Shown here piece after piece: positions 55,215-64,000 of a stretch of 64,000 nt of DNA (within the stretch, counting starts at the first letter, position 1; each line of letters begins with the position of its first letter). The translations under genes were made by a program, and so were the position numbers. The notes under the pieces are model-generated. The model was not told where the DNA came from. It was given only the letters and a program-made list of their open reading frames with translations, and made no database searches. The DNA is taken from sequence record MW825358.1. The stretch is one strand, 5' to 3'.

Positions 55215-57521
55215 ATGCATCACTTTGTTAATCCCAGCGACACCTATCGTCGCAACGTCGACCTGCAACGCACTTATCGAGAAGCGGCCCTGTCTTATCT
55301 GACGGTCATGACCAAGGCTAGCAAAGAAGAGGCCCAGGCCTATCTTGATAAAGTGATCAGCGCAGGCGGTAAATTCGAATTTAAAGACCCGCCCGTGATG
55401 GCGCTGGTCCGCGGTACCAATGGTGACCGTCAACAACACACCATGCGCTTTAGTGAGTTTCTCAAGTCGGTCTATGAAAAGCGGCAGATGCTCTCGCCGT
55501 CCATGACCGCCTATATGCACCCAGATGATCGCAAGTCCTTGCTGGCCGTGTACATCGATGCGAACTTAAATAAGCGCAAAGTGGCCAAGCATGAGATGTT
55601 TGTGGCCGAGATGGCAGGTGATGTGGTAGGTGCCAAGATTGGTAACTCCAAGCAAACCACCTTTAAGATCAAGAACAACTCCCTCTCAGGTGCCCACAGC
55701 AGTCCGTACACGATTTTGTGGAACAAGTCCTCACACTCCACTTTGACCTCGACCTGTCGTGTTGCCACCTCTTACGGCAATACGAACAATGAGAAGTTCT
55801 TGTACGGAAACCGCCATTACTGGTGCCCAGATATTGCCCGCAACAACATCATCTCCATCATCACCCATACCGACCTGGACCAGATTGATCAGGTCATGCG
55901 CAAGCACGGTATCGTAGCGCCCAGCACCGAGGCCATGTACCAATTGCTGCACCGGTGCTGTGATCACTATTGGCGCGATGACACAGAGATGCAGCGGTTG
56001 TATGCCCTGGTGGATGCATTGGATGATGTCCAGCGCGCCGCGGTGGCCTATGTCTCTGACTTCTACCACCTGGCCCAGTCCAATCCTGGCTTTTGCCGAG
56101 AGTTCCTCAAGCGCCTGTCCTATCACCCCACCACCCCTTTGCCGATGGATGAGGCCAAGACGTGGGTCAAGAAGATGGACGGTAACCTTGAAGCGTTCAT
56201 CTTCATGCTCTGCTCCAAGGAGCTAGACGGTGGTACGTTGGGTAATGCTTGGGGTGATTTGGGTAAGACCAATCCTGAGCTGAAGAACGTCAAGCTCGAA
56301 GATGCCCGTCCGCATCACTACGGTATTGTCGGGGCCAACTCAAAGAACGTGATTGAGACCTTGGATTACTACGAGGACTTTATCCGCGCTTTCTGGGTGA
56401 CCGATAACCTACCCTCTTCGGTGTTTCATGCCCCAGCCATCATCCGGCGCGGCGCGGTGACCTCCGATACGGACTCCACGATCTTCACCGTGCAATACTG
56501 GACCCAGTGGTACCGGGGACAGTTGGATTTCACCAAAGAGTCTGAAGACATTGCCTCGACCATGGTGTATCTGGCCGGGCAGCTGATTCGTCATATTCTG
56601 GCCACCACTTCCGGGGCCATGGGTGTGTCTAAACAGTACGTCAACAAGCTCTCGATGAAGAACGAGTTTTACTTCCCGGTGTTTGCTCTGACCTCACGTG
56701 CTAAGCATTATTATGCCTATCGCGCTGCCCAGGAAGGTAACGTCTTTAAGAAGATGAAAACCGAGTTCAAGGGTGTGGCCCTGCGCAACTCCAACGTGCC
56801 CAAGGAAATCACTGCCAAGGCGCACTGGCTGATGTGCTACATCATGGACAATGTCATTGCCGGGCAGAAATTGAGTCTGACCAAGATCTTGCGCTTTGTG
56901 GCCAAGATTGAAGATGAGATCCAGCAAAAGGTCTTTAGTGGTTCGTTTGATCTGCTCACCAAGATGCAGATTAAAGGAAAGGAAGCCTATAAGAACCCAG
57001 AGTCCTCCAACTACCTCCACTACGAAATGTGGGAAGAGGTCTTTGCCACCACCTACGGTCACGCCCCGGCTCCGCCCTACACCGCAGTTAAGGTGCCGGT
57101 GGAACTGGATCGCAAGACCGATGTGGCCAATTGGCTCAATGGCATGGAAAATCAGGCCGTGGCCGATAAGCTTCGGGCCTGGATGGAGCGGCAGAACAAA
57201 ACCAGCTTTACCATGTTCATGCTGCCAGAGCCGGTTCTGGCTACCTCAGGTATCCCAAAGGAGATTGTCTCGGCGGTGAACATCCGACCGCTGATCAGTC
57301 AGACCCTGGAGTCGTTCTACTTGATCCTGGAATCCTTAGGCTACTTTGTCAAGAACGAAAACCAGACCCGCCTGATCTCTGATGAAAGGTGGTTGTTGGC
57401 TTCAGATTGGCCCTTGGAGGAAATTGGCCCGGACATCAAGGGTCAGGCCAAGGAGATCGAGGTCATTGATGTAGATGAGGAAGAAGACGAAGATGAAGGC
57501 TTTTCCATGAGCTTTGATTAA
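55215..57521 (+). CDS. Family B DNA polymerase, polymerase-domain half of the split phiKZ-type enzyme (gp50-like, 768 aa)
   Basis: KQTTFKIKNNSLSGA (motif B), VTSDTDSTIF (motif C), KHYYAY, EFKGVAL. Confidence 0.9.
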   Translation: MHHFVNPSDTYRRNVDLQRTYREAALSYLTVMTKASKEEAQAYLDKVISAGGKFEFKDPPVMALVRGTNGDRQQHTMRFSEFLKSVYEKRQMLSPSMTAYMHPDDRKSLLAVYIDANLNKRKVAKHEMFVAEMAGDVVGAKIGNSKQTTFKIKNNSLSGAHSSPYTILWNKSSHSTLTSTCRVATSYGNTNNEKFLYGNRHYWCPDIARNNIISIITHTDLDQIDQVMRKHGIVAPSTEAMYQLLHRCCDHYWRDDTEMQRLYALVDALDDVQRAAVAYVSDFYHLAQSNPGFCREFLKRLSYHPTTPLPMDEAKTWVKKMDGNLEAFIFMLCSKELDGGTLGNAWGDLGKTNPELKNVKLEDARPHHYGIVGANSKNVIETLDYYEDFIRAFWVTDNLPSSVFHAPAIIRRGAVTSDTDSTIFTVQYWTQWYRGQLDFTKESEDIASTMVYLAGQLIRHILATTSGAMGVSKQYVNKLSMKNEFYFPVFALTSRAKHYYAYRAAQEGNVFKKMKTEFKGVALRNSNVPKEITAKAHWLMCYIMDNVIAGQKLSLTKILRFVAKIEDEIQQKVFSGSFDLLTKMQIKGKEAYKNPESSNYLHYEMWEEVFATTYGHAPAPPYTAVKVPVELDRKTDVANWLNGMENQAVADKLRAWMERQNKTSFTMFMLPEPVLATSGIPKEIVSAVNIRPLISQTLESFYLILESLGYFVKNENQTRLISDERWLLASDWPLEEIGPDIKGQAKEIEVIDVDEEEDEDEGFSMSFD

Positions 57522-57539
57522 TCCGTTCGCGACCGCCGG

Positions 57540-57587
57540 GCATAAGCCCCCTACTGACGCTGTAAAGGCGTCAGTAGGGGGCGATGC
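57540..57587. terminator. Bidirectional terminator
   Basis: gccccctactgacgc-tgtaaag-gcgtcagtagggggc between convergent genes. Confidence 0.85.
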
Positions 57588-58676
57588 TCAATCTAGGTAC
57601 GGGATCACACCGTAGTCCAACAGGACCATCAGGTCATCGTACATGTCAGCGGGTAAGGCCGAGCGCAAGGAGGTATTGCCGTCCATATAGCGCAACCACC
57701 GCTTGATGTAGTTCAGGTACATTTGATTGCGTGCGTTTTCTGTCGTGCGGTTCCACTGCACCAAGAAGGTAAGCAAGGTAATGCGAGAAAGCATGATCGC
57801 CCATTGGAGTTGGGTGTTAAACGCCATCTCCGGAAGCTTCAGGACGTGATGTAAATTCTCAGCGCAAACCGTAGGAATGTGAGACACCAACGTGTCAAAG
57901 TCCCATCGCTTTGGTTCCACCTGTGCCAGGAATTTTTCCAGCACATGGTCTACCTCCGCAGACCAGTCGGTCAGGTAGAACGGGTGGCGGAAAGGTTCAG
58001 CCACAGGCTGCATTCCAAAGTAAAGGCCCATGAGCCGATTGAGGATGGCGATATCGACTTGGCTGTCAAGCATGTTGGGAAGCGGGTAGGCTTGCAGGAA
58101 CTGAGCAATGGTGCGAGGGGATTCGTCCACCTCGTTATTTGCCCGGCGCCAGAGCAAGTACTGCGTGGCCAACATGGGAACATTGATGGTAATCACTGCC
58201 ACACCGGGTTCAGACGACGCGAACTGAGCATCGGCCACGGGCAGCTTGAGGGTACACATCGGGTGGGACAGATAACGAATTGGAGCTAGCTCCTGCCAAT
58301 TCTTAATGCCTGCTGCGACGTCCCAACTATCGGTGTTAGCCAGGATGACTTCTGAGACGTTCTTGCCCAGGAACGGACCCGGACGCCAGACCTGCCCTTT
58401 AGACAGTGCTGAGGTGAACTTGAAACTTTGAGTGAACAACAGCGCCGTGTCAGCGACTTTGTCATTATAGACTTCTGGGGTCAGTTTGGTGGAGACAGGA
58501 AGATTGCTTAACAAGCGAATCAACACGTGTCCACCAGGCATCCCTCTGGGGTTTAAACGACGGTAGTGCTTGACCCGGTCCACCGAGGCGCGCAAGCCAT
58601 CACGGATGCGGCGAAACTCGGGGAATGTCATCCCCCCACCTAAGTGCAGGGGCGACTCTCGCAACAACTGATACAT
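57588..58676 (-). CDS. Conserved phiKZ-family protein (gp52-like, 362 aa from ATG 58676)
   Basis: GGAGG RBS; lies between DNA polymerase and chmA as in relatives. Confidence 0.7.
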   Translation of the reverse strand: MYQLLRESPLHLGGGMTFPEFRRIRDGLRASVDRVKHYRRLNPRGMPGGHVLIRLLSNLPVSTKLTPEVYNDKVADTALLFTQSFKFTSALSKGQVWRPGPFLGKNVSEVILANTDSWDVAAGIKNWQELAPIRYLSHPMCTLKLPVADAQFASSEPGVAVITINVPMLATQYLLWRRANNEVDESPRTIAQFLQAYPLPNMLDSQVDIAILNRLMGLYFGMQPVAEPFRHPFYLTDWSAEVDHVLEKFLAQVEPKRWDFDTLVSHIPTVCAENLHHVLKLPEMAFNTQLQWAIMLSRITLLTFLVQWNRTTENARNQMYLNYIKRWLRYMDGNTSLRSALPADMYDDLMVLLDYGVIPYLD

Positions 58677-58877
58677 GTCGCCTCCAGTGGGACGGTGAGA
58701 AAGCAAGGGAAAAGGGCTATAGGATTAGGCCCTTCTACAAGGCCCAGGGGTAAGCTTAAATAAATTCTTACTCTGAAAGGCGTATAGTGTGGAGATACTC
58801 CTCCAGCTGACCGTCGCAACCGGCCAGCGCAATGCGAGGTATTGTGTCTTCAATCTTCAAAGGGTACATTTGGGCTT

Positions 58878-58917
58878 GATTTAAAAACATTTCGAACCCT
58901 TACTATCCCTTTGACAT
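58878..58917 (+). promoter_or_regulatory. Putative chmA promoter
   Basis: GATTTAAAAACATTTCGAACCCTTACTATCCCTTTGACAT; 33/40 identical to 25479-25518. Confidence 0.75.
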
Positions 58918-58990
58918 TGGTAACGAGAAATCGAAACCGGTGTTCGCGCGAACATCAATCGAAAGACTTTTCTACAAGGAAATAAAAAGC

Positions 58991-60934
58991 ATGAGCGTCA
59001 ACGATCGCAACAACCAGAACAACCAGTCGAAGCCGGCCGCCACCGGCAGCAACGAGCAGGTCTTCGGCGAGAGCTTCCAGGGCACCGCCGGTTCCCAGAA
59101 TGCTGGTGCCTCGGCTGGTCGTCCGCAGTCCGGTCGCGCCAACCTGGGCAACGCCCTGGGTCTGCGTGGCGCCGAGCGTCTGCAGGGCCTGCGTACCGGC
59201 ATGGGCCGCAAGCGTGGTTCGGCCGACCTGCAGAAGCTGCGTGACACCCTGATGGAGTCCTTCGCCTCCTTCACCAACTCCCAGGTGATCCCGGAAGCGC
59301 AGAACTTCAAGCTGATCATCATCGACCGCAACCGCCTGAACAAGAAGGTCGACCTGCTGGTGGCCGTGCTGCCGGTGAACATCGGCGGGACCACCCACGC
59401 TGCCATCCACACCCTGCTGCTGGAAGACGCCAACGACAAGTACGATCCCATCACGATGCAGATCGCCGGTCAGACCAAGTACTACAGCACGGTCGTGAGC
59501 GACGTGTATAGCCAGGACCTGTGGGGCACGATCGTCCAGTTCGTCTCCAACGAGGCGGGCGTGAACCTGACCCCGTACGACGCCGGTCACCAGACCCTGC
59601 CGGCCGAGCTGGATGTCACCGACAAGGACACCCTGCACCAGATCGCCTTCTTCGTCACCGAGGCCCTGGTTCGTACCACGATGAACTCGATCACCAAGTC
59701 CAACGACGACATCGTCTCCCTGGACCAGCTGGACGAGAACACCGTGGCGCAGGCCACGATCGACTTCACCAACGTCAACAGCCGTACCGCCGCGGGTCTG
59801 CCGCTGCGTGCCGACTTCGACGTGCAGCTGCGCTACAGCCAGCCGACCAAGTCCGGTGAGAGCCAGACCGAGAAGTCGTTCGACCTGGGTAGCTCCATGC
59901 CGCTGGGCGGCGCCCAGGGCTTCGTGGACATCACCTACGTGATGCCGCCGGCACCGGGCTTCGGTCAGCAGCAGAAGACCCAGCTGTACAAGGCCCTGAT
60001 CGTGCTCACCCGTCTGGACACCGCGCAGGACTTCATCACGCCGGAACTCCAGCTGCTGGCCCTGGCCGGCTCGACCCTGATCAGCCGCAACATGAACTGG
60101 GCTCGCGTGTGGTCGCAGCAGTTCCGTGCCCCGGGTACGGACCTGAACGACATCGGCGCGGTCGGTTACGAGCTGCAGCTGGCTGGCAATGCCGAGCGGA
60201 TCGACACCACCTCGGCGGCGTTCGATGACGTGGCCCTGGCCAAGCTGGTCCAGCTCGCCATCGATCCCAAGCCGGTGATGATGTTCGACGTGGAAGAGTC
60301 CGGTGAGCTGTCCTGGCTGAACCGCATCCTGCTCGACGCCGCCAACGGCTCGGTCGATGCCGGTCGCAGCATCATCCAGGCGGCGGACAACCTGACCGGT
60401 GGCAAGTTCAGCCAGCAGTGGAACGGCGGCGCGACCGATCTGGTCGTGGACGATGGCAACCGCATCCACCTGGGTTACTACACCGACCACAACGGCGACA
60501 AGCGCGACATCCGCGACCTGAGCTACCTGTCGGTCCTGAACCGCTTCGGCGAGCAGGATCTGTCGGTGGTGGAGAAGTGGCAGGAAACCTTCGACGCTCA
60601 GGACATCGACGCCGAAGTGCGCCTGGCCGATCGCGAAGCCCTGATCCGCAAGATCCTCGGCCCGACCGTTCGCATCACTGGCTACGCCCGCCGTCTGGTG
60701 TTCGCACCGGATCTGCTGGATTGCCTGCTCGATGCGGCTGGTGAAGCCGGTCTGCGCATCCGTCCGGAGAACACCCTGGTCGGCTTCGGTACCACCGCAC
60801 AGCGTGGTCGCTCGTTCTACGAGTCGATGGGCTACGGTGGCCAGGGCGGCCGCAACACGTTCTCCTTCTCGGCGGGCGGTAACGGTCGTGGCTTCAACCG
60901 CCAGTTCACCGGCCGTGGTTCGTGGCGCGGTTAA
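58991..60934 (+). CDS. chmA: Chimallin, phage nuclear shell protein (647 aa)
   Basis: Between gp52-like and nvRNAP beta' genes; size; disordered N/Q-rich N-terminus and G/R/F-rich C-terminus; ITPELQLLALA and YARRLVF segments; strongest codon bias in the window. Confidence 0.88.
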   Translation: MSVNDRNNQNNQSKPAATGSNEQVFGESFQGTAGSQNAGASAGRPQSGRANLGNALGLRGAERLQGLRTGMGRKRGSADLQKLRDTLMESFASFTNSQVIPEAQNFKLIIIDRNRLNKKVDLLVAVLPVNIGGTTHAAIHTLLLEDANDKYDPITMQIAGQTKYYSTVVSDVYSQDLWGTIVQFVSNEAGVNLTPYDAGHQTLPAELDVTDKDTLHQIAFFVTEALVRTTMNSITKSNDDIVSLDQLDENTVAQATIDFTNVNSRTAAGLPLRADFDVQLRYSQPTKSGESQTEKSFDLGSSMPLGGAQGFVDITYVMPPAPGFGQQQKTQLYKALIVLTRLDTAQDFITPELQLLALAGSTLISRNMNWARVWSQQFRAPGTDLNDIGAVGYELQLAGNAERIDTTSAAFDDVALAKLVQLAIDPKPVMMFDVEESGELSWLNRILLDAANGSVDAGRSIIQAADNLTGGKFSQQWNGGATDLVVDDGNRIHLGYYTDHNGDKRDIRDLSYLSVLNRFGEQDLSVVEKWQETFDAQDIDAEVRLADREALIRKILGPTVRITGYARRLVFAPDLLDCLLDAAGEAGLRIRPENTLVGFGTTAQRGRSFYESMGYGGQGGRNTFSFSAGGNGRGFNRQFTGRGSWRG

Positions 60935-60967
60935 TACACCACGCGTGAGCGTCGTGTAGATGGCTAG

Positions 60968-61001
60968 GAAAGACCGCCCTTCGGGGCGGTCTTTCTTTTT
61001 T
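60968..61001 (+). terminator. Intrinsic terminator after chmA
   Basis: gaaagaccgccc-ttcg-gggcggtctttc-tttttt. Confidence 0.9.
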
Positions 61002-61184
61002 GCCGCTTAGGTGTAAATTCGAACATCTAAACGTAATAGCATGTCCCTGTTTCGCCGAGTAACTAGGACCTAGAACAAATCGAATACCCGGCAATGCAAC
61101 CGTAGGGGAAGAACCATTGACGCCATTAATCTAAACCCCGAAGAGGTCACCGACACCCCGTATCGCGCCCGCCGGCGTATCGGG

Positions 61185-63056
61185 TTGGATCACAAACGCC
61201 AGTATGATGGTATTGCCATTCGACTGGTGGATCTGGATGAAGTCTTCAACACCGCAGCCACCTTACCGGTGATTGTCAACGCCTTCAATACCGAAACGGT
61301 CGATGATCGTCAGGTGCTGGATTCGTTGATCTACACCCACTATGACGGCGACTCGCTGAACATGGTGCCCACCTGTGAATGCCAGCGCATGCGTGGTGCT
61401 GGTAAGATCGGTCTGGTGTGTCCGCGTTGTGGTGGTACGGTCACGCCCGCCAGCGAACGACCGCTTGAATCACTGCTGTGGTTGGCCCCGCCTGAAGGCG
61501 TGGAAACCTTCATCAATCCCCAAGCCTGGACGATGTTGTCCAAGGCCCTTACCCACGGTGGTATTAATGGACTGGCCTGGTTGTGCGATCCGCACATGCC
61601 AGTGGGTCCTGAACCCCATCGTGAAATCCGTCGCCTGATTGATCAAGGATTTGATCGGGGCATCAACAACTTCTACCAGAACTTTGACACGATCATCGAT
61701 CAGCTGTTTAATATCGGTGTGATTGCAGGGTCTAACCGTCAGCAAAAGGCGGATCTGTACGAGTTCATCAAGGCCAATCGCAAACGCATCTTCTGCAAGC
61801 ACCTGCCAGTGCCTTCGCGGATGGGCTTTGTGACCGAACGCTCGATCACCGGCACCTTTGCCGATTCGACCATGAAGCTGGCCATCGATGCGATCCGTAC
61901 GATCTCCGATACCGTCCACTCGCTGCGTCCGCTGGATCTGGGACGTCGTCAGTCGCGCTCGGTCAAGGCCAATGACCTGATGGCGCAATACCACCAGGAG
62001 TTCATGAGCAGCACGCTCACCTCCAAGCGTGGCTGGTTGCGCAAACACGTGTTCGGCTCCCCGTTGTACTTTACCTTCCGGGCAGTGATTTCCTCGCTGT
62101 CTGATGAGCACGAGTATGATGAGTTGCACCTGCCGTGGGGTGTGGCAGTGTCCACCTATGCACTGCACCTGACCTCGAAGATGTATCGGATGATTAATGA
62201 AGAAACCGGTCGTCCGTTCACACCCAATGAGGTGCTCAAGCATCTGCGTGAGCATACCTTGCGGTATAGCCCCTTGTTGGACCGGCTCTTTGATGAGCTG
62301 ATTGCCGAATGTCCATACAAGGGATTGCCAGTGCTGTTCAACCGTAATCCTTCACTGGACCGCGGTTCGATTCAGCAGTTCTTCGTGACCAAGATCATCA
62401 AAGACCCGGAGATCAACGCCATCTCTATGTCTGTGTTGACGCTTAAGGCTCTTTAACGGGTCCTTCCGACAGTAATGTCGGTCGATCATCTCTCTAATTG
62501 CTGGGACCTCTGACGCCAACTATCTTCGGATAGGCGGACACACTACTAAAGCGGAGTGGGTAACCACAAACGTCCAGTTTAAATAACGTGTGTCTTTTTG
62601 CAGACAATCAGCAGCCAAGCTTCCTAACGGCATTACAAGTAACGTCGCGGTCACATGAAACCGCAGCCTAACAATACGGGTGACGTGAAGTAATTGATGC
62701 GTGGAAGAAGGTTCATCGACTAGCCGAAAGGCGTAGGGTGCAAGCGCATCCGAAATGGGAGACTTCCGCGACGGCGGAAGAAGATATAGTCAGTACCTAG
62801 ATGTGAATCTAGGCGGGAGTCAGCGCTCCGGGTCCGTGTAGCGAACGGATTGGACAAATAGCCAAATGCCGATTTCGACGGCGATGCGCTCAACGGCATG
62901 CCTTTGTTGGACAACCGTCACGCTTACGCCTTCAGTGCACTCGCCCCGCACCAAGGTGTGTTGGATCTGGACCGTCCGCGGGCCATGTCCAAGAACCAGA
63001 TCATGCCGCCTCCGGTGGCTTCCACGATCGCCAACTGGCTTCACCACGGCAAGTAA
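61185..63056 (+). CDS. Non-virion RNAP beta'-like subunit (phiKZ gp55-like), spliced join(61185..62450,62862..63056), ~486 aa; start uncertain
   Basis: Zn finger CECQ...CPRC, LRKHVFGS, FNRNPSL; exon 1 ends LTLKA, exon 2 starts PNADFDGD. Confidence 0.92.
62451..62861 (+). mobile_element. Group I self-splicing intron (411 nt, no homing endonuclease ORF)
   Basis: 5' exon ends in U, intron ends in G; P AATTGCTGGGAC (62496), Q AATCAGCAGC (62606), R GTTCATCGACTA (62711), S AAGATATAGTC (62781). Confidence 0.93.
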
Positions 63057-63120
63057 GAAAGCAGGGACGTTAAAGTCCCTGCTGTTGTACCCTACCTACC
63101 TATAAATCGAGGTTGATCAA

Positions 63121-63447
63121 ATGTCTGAGAAGAACTTCACCCGTGCCCTGGCCCTGTCGCTGAATAACCTTCTGCCGATGGCCAAGACCACACTGGAGGT
63201 GATGGATAACCAGATCGAACACGCCGATGCCCATGCCAGCCGGCTGGAGCACGAAGTGGGTGATAAGGCTGCCGCTGAGGACGTCCGCCAGTCCCAGGCG
63301 ACCGATGTCATCTCCCATCGCGCCGCAGTGCGCCGTATCCACCGGGCCGAAACCCTGCTGGCTCAGTTCAACGAAACGGAGCAGCATGTCAAGGATCTGG
63401 AGGAAGATCACTTCGACGGCGAGTTCGAGATCAAGTTCCCCGAGTAA
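63121..63447 (+). CDS. Hypothetical coiled-coil protein (108 aa)
   Basis: GAGG RBS, strong codon bias, downstream terminator. Confidence 0.8.
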   Translation: MSEKNFTRALALSLNNLLPMAKTTLEVMDNQIEHADAHASRLEHEVGDKAAAEDVRQSQATDVISHRAAVRRIHRAETLLAQFNETEQHVKDLEEDHFDGEFEIKFPE

Positions 63448-63450
63448 CCG

Positions 63451-63488
63451 GCATAATGCGGAGGACCTTCGGGTCCTCCGTACTGTGC
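63451..63488 (+). terminator. Intrinsic terminator
   Basis: gcggaggacc-ttcg-ggtcctccgt flanked by GCATA/TGTGC. Confidence 0.8.
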
Positions 63489-63507
63489 CCCAACTAGATT
63501 TTTCTTC

Positions 63508-64000
63508 ATGACAATCTATCCGAAGATCCCGGGTCTGAACGTGCTGGTTGGGGGCGTGCGCCTGTCTCTCAAACCAATACTTTCCAGCAACCCTGATCCT
63601 GAGCTACGTGTACAGGTGCGCGCCGGGTTGACCGGCGATGTCGTCACGCATGGCTACTACATCGGTCTGCATGATGAAATCGGACGCCACAAACTCGAGT
63701 TGACCGAGCGCGATCTCAACCACATTACTCGGATGTATTTTCAACGCATCCGCACGCGCTTGGAATTGGAAGCCATTTTGCGCGGTAGCAATCTGTGGTG
63801 GACAACCATCTACCTGAAGTTGTGCCCGAATGTGGAGAATTTTGTCATACGCAATGTGACTTCTGAATGGGAAAAGATGGCGGCAGGCCACATCCCTGAT
63901 GATGAACTCTATATCGAGATCATCCGCGGTGAAGATGGGTTTTTAGCGTATCGACAGGATCATTACGTAACCGCTTTGTCGGACGTCGTAGATGGCGATA
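63508..64000 (+). CDS. Hypothetical protein, truncated by window end
   Basis: ATG 63508 (MTIYPKIPGLNVLVGG...) stays open to the end of the window. Confidence 0.65.
   Translation, partial: MTIYPKIPGLNVLVGGVRLSLKPILSSNPDPELRVQVRAGLTGDVVTHGYYIGLHDEIGRHKLELTERDLNHITRMYFQRIRTRLELEAILRGSNLWWTTIYLKLCPNVENFVIRNVTSEWEKMAAGHIPDDELYIEIIRGEDGFLAYRQDHYVTALSDVVDGD

Noticed and set aside
58955-60490. 511-aa minus-strand ORF antisense to chmA (likewise 48629-49639 over phuZ, 37041-38099, 44775-45860)
   Set aside because: Same codon-bias artefact; fully overlaps well-supported genes
62720-63105. ORF-track entries across intron 2 and exon 2 (e.g. 62866-63105)
   Set aside because: Wrong frame; exon 2 reads from 62862 as PNADFDGD
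1-64000. tRNA, rRNA or CRISPR arrays
   Set aside because: No cloverleaf with T-loop consensus and no regularly spaced repeats seen by eye; a tRNAscan run would settle the tRNA question

Overview
A 64-kb segment of a GC-rich, phiKZ-like nucleus-forming jumbo phage (Chimalliviridae-type). It holds chimallin (ChmA), PhuZ tubulin, the split family-B DNA polymerase, virion RNAP beta/beta'/small subunits, a non-virion RNAP beta', prohead protease, terminase, tail sheath/tube, the giant tail lytic-transglycosylase protein and several accessory clusters. phiKZ gp numbers are assigned from motifs and recalled synteny, not from a database search. Main observations: (1) both RNAP beta' genes are split at or next to the catalytic DFDGD motif by two different ORF-less group I introns (12878-13282; 62451-62861); (2) a ~40-bp promoter-like element is shared by chmA, an abundant-looking 164-aa unknown gene (33/40 identity), an unannotated 32-aa peptide gene and, more weakly, a structured-RNA locus; (3) a putative head-packaged, protease-processed SMI1/KNR4 (SUKH) protein; (4) several structured non-coding RNA candidates, a palindrome-rich intergenic locus and a tandem paralog array between phuZ and the DNA polymerase. 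No tRNA, rRNA or CRISPR array was seen.
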